Positions 1 to 13,730 of a DNA stretch of 64,000 nt are shown piece after piece. The translations under genes and the position numbers were made by a program. The notes beneath the pieces were generated by a model. It worked only from the letters and a program-made list of their open reading frames with translations. It did no database searches and was not told where the DNA came from. Within the stretch, counting starts at the first letter, position 1. Every line of letters begins with the position of its first letter. Source of the stretch: the human T2T-CHM13v2.0 reference genome, Homo sapiens; assembly GCF_009914755.1 (NCBI RefSeq), contig NC_060929.1; one strand, given 5' to 3'.

Positions 1-480
1 TTATCAACCGTGAGCTGGGAGTCAAGTTATTGAATGCAGATCATGGGATCACATTAGACATTTGGGCCAGTGTCACAAATCATCCATGCCATTGAGTTAC
101 GTTAGCTCTCCTCATAATGTCCCGTAAAGGCCTCCCACTGACAGCACCACCAGAGCTCTGCTCATGGTCTTCTAGGAGTGAGGGGTCTTTGGGACTGAAA
201 TTTTGCTCAGCCCTATTGAACTGGCTCCGTGTGGTATAACTTTTTGTTTGTCAGATATATTCTAAGGCTCCTTGGAGACGATGAGATGTTTCGTGAACAC
301 CAACAGAAGGATTACATGGAAGAGAAGCCTCACTGTGCCTTGGCAGGAATTAATAGAACTGGTTTTGAGGTCTGTTCCATGCCACTCAATTGCATTCCAG
401 ATTGTATATAAACTATATTTTTACCTTTGTAATCCAGCTGCAGTTAATTATTCTAGAACTTAAAAAATTATAGATTATAA

Positions 481-662
481 CATTAGTCATTATTTTATAG
501 GGTGACTGTAAGATTAAATGACATAAAGCACGAAAGTATCAGCATACTGATTGTCTTAGAATATATATGTTCATTAGTCATTATTTCATAGGGTGACTGT
601 AAGATTAAATGACATGAAGTATGAACGTATCAGCACACTGATTGTCTTAGAATACATATGTT
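481..662 (+). repeat. Tandem duplication, 2 x 91 bp, of a MIR-derived fragment
   Basis: Unit 481-571 (cattagtcattattttatagggtgactgtaagattaaatgac...) is repeated at 572-662 with a handful of substitutions. The unit resembles the MIR 3' half (atagggttgttgtgaggattaaatgag...). Confidence 0.9.
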
Positions 663-957
663 CAGTAAGTGGAAGTTGTTATTTTTTTTCAAGGTGTGAT
701 GAGATCTTGTGAAACCGAACGACAATTTGATCTTTTTGTGGTAAAAGACCATTCAAATTCCTGAATGTGATAATGGTCATGGTGAGTGATTTGTCGATTT
801 AGAGTTAGTACTTTTTTTTTTAACCTCCTGTGCACAGGCTGCAGGCAGTATCACAATAACATTGGACAGTTTTACACAACAAAGTCTGGGCCCAAATTGA
901 GATAATGTGATTTCGTAGACATAGAACAGGGTTCAAAATTTCATATTATTAACAAGC

Positions 958-1208
958 TACTTCCTTCTGGAGGTCGCAGGGGAAAATCAGTTTCCTTTTC
1001 CTTGCCAGCTGTTAGAGGCTGCCAACATTTCTTGGTTCATGGCTCTGGGTCACCCCAAATTCTTCTTCTATTGTCACTTCTGCTTCTATTGTCACATCTT
1101 CCTCTCTGACTCTGACTCTCCTGCCTCCCTTTTATAAAAACACTTGTGATTATATTGAACTCTCCAGGATAATCCAAAGTAATGTTTCTATCTGAGTATC
1201 CTAAATTT
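958..1208 (-). mobile_element. MLT1 (ERVL-MaLR) LTR fragment
   Basis: ttccttctggagg...gggaaaatcagtttcc...gaggctgccaacatttcttggttcatggc...cacttgtgattatattg...ggataatcc matches the antisense MLT1B/C pattern. Boundaries approximate. Confidence 0.7.
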
Positions 1209-2764
1209 GATTGCCTATACCTATTCTTAGGGCCCAGAACCTAAGAATATGTTACCTTGCATGGCAAAAGGGACTTCTTCTCCCACATCTTTGGGAGCCA
1301 TTACTTTGTGTACTGCAAATGGAAACTTTTTTTTGGCTGCTAAATACACAGGAAAACCCCTAGATAATTTCCTTTTTTTCCACCTATGTATATGAGTAAA
1401 GGACTTTTTGTTATATGCTACCACCCTTGTAAGTATCCATTTCATAGGTATACAGTTGTCCCAGGATGCTGATAAAGAGTAGACAATTCTAGGGTAAGTG
1501 GATGCCAACAGAACACGCTTAAGAGTGGGCTTATGAATGGCTATCACTCCTGATACATGACCAGTGGGCTAGGTGCTGACTTCTGTCAAAGGGGGGACCT
1601 CATCATAGCTCCTCAGTGCAGGCAATACATAAGACTTCATGTCTAAAGCCTGCTGTCCCTAGGTTCTGAGCTACAGATGATGTACAGTCAAATGGACTCT
1701 GGTCATTCCCCAGATGCTGATTCAATACAGTCATCATGGTCCATCTGCCTATGTTTCCTTATTCTTTCTCCAACCAACTTTTAAGTTTCTTCTATATCTT
1801 TCTTCCCAAGCTTTGGACTCCATTCTTTGTCTTTGAGATCAGAACATTTTTTCTTATTCCATATTCTCTCAAAATCTCATGTTTTCATAGCTGAGTCATA
1901 ATATCTGTATTGCTAAACTCAGAAGCCAACAACTGACTCTGCTTTCTGCTGTCAGTTCACCCCTAAGGCACTGATGAAGAATAATTAGCTGACTGAATGA
2001 GAAAAGGAACAAGGGTTGAAGCAAATTCGAGAAACAGAAGCATATTAATTAGCATTTCAAAACATTATTCATCTACATGATTTTTAAAATAAGTTCCAGC
2101 ATTGAAATTAAAAGGCACAATATCCTAAGTTCATGATTAGAGCTTATTCTGCTGTGCTATACCCCTTGGGTTCTGTCTTTAGCTTATTCATTTAAATAAG
2201 TTTTTCAGCAACTTCAGGACCTTGGATTTCCAAATAGGCACCAGCATACTACACCTTTACCAATGTATCTCCCCACTGTCACTAAACCTCCAGTCTCACT
2301 GTTGTGATGGCATCCTGCTCTGTAACTCATAGGAAAGGCTGAATAATAGACCTGCATTATCCTGGGGTAAGCTGCCCATTTGCCTTTCTATAATGTCAGC
2401 TAACTCCCTCTGACTCAGCAATCTGTCTGCAAAGCCAGGCAATGATTTGTAGAAATCATCTCCTACTGCTCCTCCTCTCCCAAGGAGAATAGGATTAGCA
2501 CACAGTACACCTGAACACAGGACAGCTTCATTTTAGTTTTTTTGTCTCATATTAAAAGGGGATGAGAATTAGCTTAAGGTCTGAAATGAGTTCCTTCCCA
2601 CGGGTACCTGTCTGCCCTCTAATACCCAGGTACACATCAAGAATGTGGACTCTGCTTGGCAGTTCAACTCGTCCAGCTTCCTGAAGGCAAGTGACTGCTT
2701 GTCTAACCATGTCTCACCCTTCCAGCTTTTCTCTTTCAATTTTATAACAAAATAGTCAATACAG

Positions 2765-3026
2765 GAAGGCAGCCTAGATTAGTGTGTAAGTTACCCCATG
2801 TTTAAATCAGAAAAAATATGGATTGAGTCCCAACTCTGCTGCTTACTAATTATGTGACCTTGGGCAAGTTACTTAATTTCCCAAAGCTTCAGTTTCCTCC
2901 CCTGTAAAACAAGGATGAAGACACCTACATCATTCAATTGTTATAAGGATAAAATCAAATCAAATACAAAGAGCACCTAACATCACAAATGACACACATT
3001 GCTCTATAAACGGTAGCCATTATTAT
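2765..3026 (+). mobile_element. MIR SINE
   Basis: MIR core tgtgaccttgggcaagttacttaa...cttcagtttcctcccctgtaaaa, with a tattat tail. Confidence 0.85.
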
Positions 3027-4432
3027 ATTCTGTTTTGTTAAATAAAAACATGCTGAGCATCTATTATGAAAAATATCATGCTTCGTACTTTGAAAGTTGG
3101 AGACTTGATTGCTGCCTCAAAAACACTGCAGACTAATGGGAGGGATAGGAAAAATCGAAGTAAGTAAAAGGAATGAATGAAAAGGGGTAAAGTAAGAGGG
3201 ATAGAACTGGATGGGAATGAAGCTAGAATAACACAATGGGAAAAGGGTCCTAAGGGAATTCTCGTTGTCGAGGTGTGGGAAAAGCCACCTTGATATTGTA
3301 TCCTATCCTGGGGCAAACCTTCTCCCATGTCCTTGTGTGGAACTCTTCTAATCGATGATGCTGCATCAGGACCGTGAAAATGCATGGTCCTATTCTTTTG
3401 TATTTTCTGGGATACTCACAGGTTAGAGCTACAGTTACCTAGGGGCCTCTGGTAAAATGAACAAAAAGACATCTCTTTGTTCCTGGTCAATCTGTCTTTC
3501 CCTCATCCCTTTATGACCATTTGGTTTGTAATTTTAAAGTTTAAATATTTTTGGCAAGCTGGCACCCATTCACAGATAATTTTCTGGACAGCTTTCAGTC
3601 AGCTCTAAGGTTTGGAATGAAAATTCACTGACGTGTAGTATGCCATGCTGAGTGCATATACATGTACTCTCTCTACACTAACTATGCAAATTAGTGTAGA
3701 CAAGCGCTTGACAAGATACTCATTGGCATGTGTGGGCTGAATGCCTTAAGTAGTTTGTGGGAAGCTGGCTGGGTTGCTCCTTAGCTGACTTGATGAAAGT
3801 TACAAAATTTCCCCATTCCCTGAATGTCACAAGGAGACAGTGACACCGCGGAGACAGCGAGAATCCGGGCATCTATACTTTAGTGCTAGTCCAGCTGTGA
3901 CAAATGCATGTAAAATCAGGCAAATTTTCATAATTCCTTTCTCAGTCAGCAAAATAGGTGAAATAATCTTTGCCCATGGCTCTGTTAAACATAAATTAAT
4001 TTTCTTTATGGAATCTGACACTTCTTACTTATGGGAAATGATAACTTCAGCTTGGTCCACTTGACCTGGTTGTTGTGAAGATCAGATGAGATAAAGGATA
4101 AAGTCTTGGCTACCTTGTTTCCAGGCTGGTGTTTTTTTTTTTTGTTTGTTTGTTTTTGTTTGTTTTTTATATTGTTACTGTTTTTATTTTTTTTTTCTTT
4201 TTTTTTTTCTTTTTTTTTTTTTTTTTTATTATACTCTAAGTTTTAGGGTACATGTGCACATTGTGCAGGTTAGTTACATATGTATACATGTGCCATGCTG
4301 GTGCGCTGCACCCACTAATGTGTCATCTTGCATTAGGTATATCTCCCAATGCTATCCCTCCCCCCTCCCCCGACCCCACCACAGTCCCCAGAGTGTGATA
4401 TTCCCCTTCCTGTGTCCATGTGATCTCATTGT

Positions 4433-6703
<2,271 letters not shown>

Positions 6704-6929
6704 TAATTTCCTGTTCTTAAGGTCCCTAAGCTGTAGACCCTTATAGGTTGGTCCCTCTAGGCTGGTGAATGGCTTGTTATCATCCGCCACATACACCTAG
6801 CAGAAGATGAATCAGCCTCAGGTTTCTCGATTGCAGTAGAGGGACAATATGAGAGTGCCTTCTGAGACCTGAATTTCTCAGAATAAGGTATTTTGTAAAT
6901 ATGGTAACCACATTTTAACATATTTAAGT

Positions 6930-7780
6930 CATTCTAATGGTTTTTCCTCATACTTGGAATAAAATCCAGGCTACCAAAGACTGCAGCACACAAATGCTCC
7001 AGCCATGCCTACCTTGGGCAACCTGCATTATCATCTGATCACATGGGCTGTCTTTCTATTCTTCATACATGCCAAACCCATTCCTGCCCAAGGGCTTTTG
7101 CTCCTATTCTTCCCTCTGTGGCAATGCTCCTCCCTTGGATCATTGCATGGCTGGCTCTAGTTTTCTTATTCCCATTCCTGTCTCAACTCACATCTTACTT
7201 CCTCATGGAGACCTTTCCTGATCATGCTATCTAAGATTTCGCCTCTCCACCCCAGCACGACTCATTTCTTTATAGTTCTTATCATAGTCTGCAATTGAAT
7301 TATGCATTGTTTCATTCACTTGTTTACTATCTCTTCTCAATAGAATGGAACCTGTTCTCCCAGAGTGATATTCAAACTATTTAACAACCAGTGCAACATG
7401 GCACTAATCAATCATAATTGACAGTGGGCAAATTCCTGGAACAGAGTCTGCTGGGGGCGGCAGAGGTGGGGGCAGGTGAAGGGCAGCAGGTGGGGGCTGC
7501 AGTCTGGACTTTAACCCTTCAGTTGCTGGCTTGTGGGGAGGTCTGGAAGTTCTGAGTGAGGGGCTGGAGTAGATAGGGTAATGTGTGTGAACTATAAGAC
7601 TCAAGGAAATGGCATGCATCTATTAGTATGAAAGTATTTAGATATTGTAGCAATCAGTACGTCCACTAGTTTCTACTGGTTGAATATCAGCTCTGCTTCT
7701 CTCCCCCATTCAACATTGTATCTTAAGGCCTGGAATAGCAACTGACACACAGCAGTTCCTCACCTAATCAATTACGTGAG
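6930..7780 (+). mobile_element. L2 LINE 3' fragment, interrupted by a DNA transposon at 7361-7695
   Basis: L2 motifs ttcctgcccaagggcttttgctcctattcttccctctg...gagacctttcctgatc...tcacttgtttactatct. The L2 tail resumes after 7695. Confidence 0.7.
7361..7695. mobile_element. Non-autonomous hAT-like DNA transposon with terminal inverted repeats (family not confidently named; Tip100-like)
   Basis: Left end cagagtgatattcaa (7361-7375) and right end ttgaatatcagctctg (7680-7695) are inverted repeats with one indel. Degenerate flanks gttctcc/cttctct. Splits an L2. Confidence 0.7.
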
Positions 7781-7904
7781 TATCACTGAGTCTTGTCCAC
7801 ATACCACTTCTCCACCTTCATATTTTATAGAAGAGCTAGAAAGTGTCCTGGGTTTATAGATCACTCAAGGAGGTAAGTAAGGGTATATTTAGGCCATGAA
7901 GTCT

Positions 7905-8110
7905 GCCCCAGCAATGACTAATATCTATGACTTTTCACGGTTTACAAAATCTACAATCCATCGTCTCATTTTTATTCTCACAACCATCCTGAGACGCTGG
8001 CAGGACAAGAATTATTATATTCGTATTTTAGTTTAGTGAACTCAGACTCCCATAATTCATGTGATAGCTAAAAGACAGGCAGGAATGGGAAAGGGCTCCT
8101 GTCTTCTGGG
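7905..8110 (-). mobile_element. MIR SINE
   Basis: tctcatttttattctcacaaccatcctgaga...aattattat...tttta...gtgaactcagactc is the antisense MIR pattern. Confidence 0.6.
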
Positions 8111-8374
8111 CTGAGACTATGATCCTTCCATTAGGATGTGTATTCTGCCCCTAGCCCTGGATGGAGCTGGGCCTGCGCGTGGAAGCAGCTTCTGGATACA
8201 GGCGTGAAGATTCTGGGCTCTATAACTAGGGTTGTATATGCCCTTATAGAACAACTGTGGCTACTTTACAAAATAGAGTATTTCAGGCAAAAGTTACAGC
8301 CCAGGGGAGTCTAGTGGAACCTAGACCTCCCTGTGGAAGAAGTTAAAAGAACAGAAAATGACACACCTGAAGAA

Positions 8375-8667
<293 letters not shown>

Positions 8668-9174
8668 ACACCTGGAGAATTCTTAATGGGGATATAGACA
8701 ATCTTCTTAGACACTCTATAACCAGCCTTGGACTTTTCCAAGATCGCCAAGACTTTTCCTTGGCAAGCTCACAAGGCAGAGCTAACACCAACAGTGAAAA
8801 ATTACCACAAAATCAATCAGGTTTGGGTTTAAAAATAAATATGTAAAAATGAGAAGAAATATACCTTAGAGTAATGTTTACCAAAATATGGTACATACAA
8901 AAATGGCATTTAGATATTTGTACTTAGCATGTGGATGAACATTTTGTAGCTTTTTATTACTTATGAACTTGTTTTAATACACATATTTAGAGAAAAATAC
9001 ACAACTACACCGATTTTGTGATTTCAGATGTATAAGAAATGATTAAAAGTAGGTATTTAAGTTTTTGTTAATAAAAGAGAATTTAAAGAAAAAGGTAAAA
9101 AATAGTAAAGGTGATTCTCAGACATGTTACAAATGAAGTGATTTTGTGAAAATCATATTCTTTAAAGACAGTTC

Positions 9175-9365
9175 TATCAGTTTGTGTGACCTTGAACACA
9201 TTCTTAACATGGTGATACTTAATTTCCTCACTTCCTGACAAATGAGGATAACACTAAAGCTGTTTAATAATTTTGTGGCAAGGATTCAAGATTTCAATAC
9301 ATGGAAAGTATTCAGCCCGGTGTTCAGCACACAGTGAGAATGCAATAAATCTGAACTATTGTTTT
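9175..9365 (+). mobile_element. MIR SINE
   Basis: tgtgtgaccttgaacacattcttaac...aatttcctca...aaatgaggataa...cacacagtgagaatgcaataaat. Confidence 0.65.
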
Positions 9366-9859
9366 TACTTTTCATCGATAACAGTGAGAACTCTTGAACC
9401 ATGGAAAGCTGCCTTGCAGAAAGCTCATCACTGAAGATTTGTAAACAGGACCAGGAGGACATTTATCAGGGATGCTGCAAGGGAGATTCTCACATAGGTA
9501 AGAGCCAAGCTAGTGCTTTGAGGTCCTTCCAACCTGGAGATTCCAACCCTGCTTTTCAGTGAAATCCAAGGGACTTGGAACCAGAGTTTTCCTCTTATGT
9601 TTTGAGAGGACACTTAGTTACTGATCATCGGCATTGAAAAGCCATTGCTCTGTGAACACTATTGTTGGCTGTGACACCGAGACTTGGCCTTTTCATCACC
9701 CACATCACTGTCAAGAAGAGCTGTTTGAGAACCACACAGCTATTGTCCCATAGTTCTTGCCCAACCAGGAAAATCCCTATTCTGTCCTCACATCCTTCCT
9801 CATAACCGTGGGAATTGCTGTGAGGGTTTCTCATGGGTACAGAGAGGAACCATCCTGTC

Positions 9860-10330
9860 TCACTCTCAAGTGGAAACTGGCCTTTTCCCAGTGGAGGATA
9901 CTGGCAGGCAACCAGTTCCACACTGAGAGCCCTGGCTATGGGAAATCCTTCTTCATACAAGCTGAAATATGCTTCTCTGCAGCTTTCACCCACATGTCCT
10001 AGTTTCATCTCCTCGAACCACAAAGAACAAGTCTATCCAGTGCCCCCCATGTAAACCCCTCAGAATTCTGTAGACTAAAGGAGCATTTGCCCTGTTGTTT
10101 TTGTTCCCCATTGTTCCACAGACACACATTGTTCCTTCTGAGCATAGTTTCCAGCCCCCACCCCTTCCTTATCACTGACATCATTTCTAACACAGTTCCT
10201 CTTTGCCCTTTTTGCATGCCAGAGATTGTGGACTCTGGGCTCCTTTTTCTTTATAGAGGGACAGACACTCTCAGTAAACAGTTCAACTGCAAAGGATCCA
10301 GCAAATATACTCATTTGAAGCCTTCAGTGA
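9860..10330 (-). mobile_element. L3/CR1 LINE relic
   Basis: aggcaaccagttccac...gggaaatccttcttcatacaagctgaaatatgcttctctgcagctttcacccac...cctagtttc...aaagaacaagtct resembles the antisense L3 3' region. Confidence 0.6.
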
Positions 10331-10369
10331 CAGATCATGATGTGTTTGCTGCTCTTTAGGGCTCTGGTC

Positions 10370-10715
10370 CCTTTCTTACTCTGTGCACACTTCCAAGAAA
10401 TCTCCTCCAGTCCACCTGGTTTTATTCCATCAACTGAAGATTCTAGTATCTAATTCTAATGTTGTTTCTCTTCTGAGTTCCAGGATTGTGTACAATAGGC
10501 TCCTGAATATCCACACATAAATATCTCACAGGTGTTTCAATCTCACTGAGTTCAAAACTGAACCTACTCACTTTCTCCCAGTTTCTCTATCTCTGCAGTG
10601 GGGATATTAATGATACTTAAATCACAAGGTTGTTTTAAAGATTAAATAAATAAATATGTGTTAAGCACTTAAGATAGTACCTGATAAAAAATAGATAGTA
10701 TGTATATTGCCATTA
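10370..10715 (+). mobile_element. L2 fragment followed by a MIR fragment
   Basis: L2 motifs gatt...tatct...tctcttctgagttccag...atatctcacagg...ttcaaaactgaac, then MIR cagtttctctatct...ggttgttttaaagattaaat...aagcacttaag. Confidence 0.55.
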
Positions 10716-11221
10716 TTGGTGGGCACAGAAAAACAAGCAAAGATAAAATATGCTGGTGCTGATATTTTATGAGGAAAAAAAACATGAAGCATGAGAGGCT
10801 GAGAAGTGCCAATAGAGACAGAAGGATACCACAAGGCAATTTTGGAAAGCGGTTGTAATATGTTCTCGATGCATTCTTCTTGTAGAAAACAAATGTCTAA
10901 GAAAATTATTGATAACTCACTAAGTATATATATATATGTCATTATCGTTGGTTGGCCATTCTGAGTGTTTTTCAGTTGCTCAACATGCTCAGCATGAGGG
11001 GCCTTCTGTTCTATGGCTAAAGTCACTTCTAGGGTCAGTATCTCTTTTTCTGGGCTTCTCAGAGGAAGTGAGTTCATGGTGAGGTTTATATCCAAAGAAG
11101 AAAGGATCGCCTTTGGAGATGGCAGCAGTCTGCTTTGTAAGTGCTTATGCAAGTCAAGCATCAACTTGCTATGGAGAAGCATCTCATGAACCTGCAAGAG
11201 TGGTTGGTTAGGACATGCAAA

Positions 11222-11420
11222 GCTGTGCTACTCAAAGTGCTGCCTACAGATTGGTGCTGATCCACAAACTGTTACTGGTCTGCAGTGTAGTAAGTACAGA
11301 ATTGAGAATAAGCATAAGACATAAAGTATCTTTATGTCTTAAATCTAACAGTGGTAAAATGTAGACTTGTATTTAACATATGTGAATATATTTTCATTTA
11401 ATTTAAAGCATTAAATTGTG
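11222..11420. mobile_element. hAT-Charlie DNA transposon fragment (Charlie4-like)
   Basis: gtgctactcaaagtg...ggtgctgatccacaaactgttactggtctgc...taagtacagaattgagaataagc resembles a Charlie terminus. Confidence 0.55.
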
Positions 11421-12074
11421 ATGAATAGAAAACAAACAAAAGAAAAAAGGAAAAAAAATAAATTAGCTCCTCATAACATATTGTTTGAAAGCATTGAGTC
11501 TGAGTGTGCATCCCTGAGTTCTGGTCCTGGCTTTGACACCACCTCATGAGAGATCCCAGGCAACTCAGTCCTCTTTGTATAAATACCACCCACTGATTGC
11601 ACAACTGGAGCAATTACTCTGTGCACAGAGTAATTTCCAAACACTCACTCCTGTTTGGAAATTACTTTCCATGTATATGAATTAAGGATCTTGGAGTAGC
11701 TTATTCTTAATTTTCTTCATCTTTGAAGATGCCATAATCCTAATAATCCTTTAAAATATTTTTTAAAATAAACTGAATAAAGCTCCATTGCTTGCTTTTG
11801 AGCTAAATAATCCTGCTTTCTGATAAAAACCTAACCACAGCCTAGACTTTGACTGCTTTTCTTCAGATCTCCATAAGGAACATATTATTTTCTTTGGGTG
11901 ACTATCTCCCAGCTTTCCTCTTTCACTGTGAACATCTCCTTTTCTTGCTGTTCTCAGGTCTTCCCCCAAATCAAAGTATTTTACAGGAATATCTTCCTCT
12001 GCTGTCTGTTCATGGACTTATGATCTTGAATTTTCCAAGTATTTATCTAAGACATTCTCTGAATAAAATCTAAG

Positions 12075-12280
12075 CAACCAGGCTTTGTAAGGAGTTTGGA
12101 TTTTATTCTGAGTAATGGGAAGCCATCGGGTATTGCTAAGAAGGGGAGTGACGATATGATTTATGCTTTCAGATAACCCATGGCTGGTCTTTGGAGATTA
12201 GATTGTAGGGGTCAAATATGTGCACAGAGAATACCCTGGAGGCTAATACAGTACTGAAGGTAGGCTGTGATGGTGGTTTT
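12075..12280 (-). mobile_element. L2 fragment
   Basis: gtaaggagtttggattttattctgagtaatgggaagccatcggg...gggagtgac...gatttatgctttcagataaccc. Confidence 0.7.
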
Positions 12281-13019
12281 GTCTATGAGACATAAAGAAT
12301 AGGCCTTTATCTTGTTCTTATCTAGCTTATTCACCACTCTTGGTAGTGCTATAGTATAGAATGGTGTATATGTCTCAGATATGGCTTTGCTTAACTGGAT
12401 TGGGATTGCAGTTGTTTCTGGGTAGTTATTTAACACTAATGCTAAATAATGTAACAGGAGTTAACATTAATTCACAAGAAGTTATGTCTTGAAATCATTG
12501 CCCAATGTCTCATTCATATGAGTGTATGTAATCAGAAAACATGCAGGCGAAAGACTGTTGATGCAGGGTTTCAGATGGAAAAAGCTTCCTATCCTTCTGT
12601 CTTTTCACTTTGAAAACAAAGGTGGCAAACAAGATTTCTGCACTCTAAAGGCCATCCCAGACAATGTGCTGGTTTGTTGGACTCAGCCCTGGGGCTGCTG
12701 AGGAGATGAAGAGGTCTGCCTTTGGGAATCAACTGCCTTCAGTCACGCAGACCCATAGACCGTGCATCAGCTGACTCAGCAATAGATGGCACTGAGCTAT
12801 TCACTCCATTTCACCTTGGGCTGTATCTAGGCATTTCACTGAGAAGTGAAAGAGTTAGGAAAAAAATTAAGGACTATATCCCGGTAAAATCATTCTAGTA
12901 ATAGAATTGGTTGGAGATTTCTATCTGGGGAAATGTTCAGCTTCATAGATGACCACGATCAGCAACCACACTGAGAATAATTTAGGATAAGGGAAGAATC
13001 CATGAAATACATAAAAAGA

Positions 13020-13730
13020 GGCAGTGGGAAGTGATGTAGATCCCCAACTTTGAAGTTTGAACCAAGATTCAATTCCCCTGTCTTTGTTTTGCTAGCTTCT
13101 AACTTCAGATTGTTTTCTGATTATTAGAAGCTGTATCTTTTCTGCAAAATATGATAATTTCACATTCATGGTTGATACAAGCATCAAATGAGAACTAGAT
13201 GACAGTGTTTATAAACTATAAAAAGCCATGAACAGTTTAGTTATAATAATAAAGCTTCCAATGAATTGCATCTTCTTATCAATGCTATTTGTGGAATTCA
13301 TACAGCTTGCTTGGTCGCAACATTGCTAAGTGAAACTTGAAAGACACTGTAAGAAAATACCTGTAGGTATCAAATTACATAATGCATAAATATGATGATT
13401 TTATGTGCATGCATGTGTGTACATGTTTGCATTATATCAGTGTTATATTCAAATTTTGAATAATAAAATTTTGATGGGGTGGGATCAGATGCAATATGGG
13501 AAGCAGGTTTGCAACCAGGGCTTTGCAGACAGAAAGACCAGTGTTCAAACATCAGTTTTCAGGGTTGGTGAGTTTAGACAAAATTGCTTAATTTGTATGA
13601 TAATCTGCAAACTGGTGATAGCAATATCTATTTAACAGTGTGGATGTGAAAAAGTAATAAGGTAAAGAATATTAAACATTTTGCAAGTACTGAGAAAAAG
13701 GAGACCCCAATAAATGCTAGTTTTTTTCAT
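13020..13730 (+). mobile_element. Two diverged MIR copies (~13020-13250 and ~13535-13730)
   Basis: MIR-like motifs ctttctgcaaaatatgataat...catcaaatgagaact...tataaactataaaa and atctgcaaactggtgatagcaatatcta...caataaatgctagttttt. Confidence 0.5.

Noticed and set aside
481-662. Repeated units considered as a CRISPR-like array (likewise 28451-28653)
   Set aside because: Only two contiguous copies, no spacers, no cas genes, and a human context. These are ordinary tandem duplications.
10661-11197. 178-aa minus-strand ORF, the longest non-L1 ORF
   Set aside because: Non-ATG start, no recognisable domain, ends in a MIR, and no supporting gene structure.
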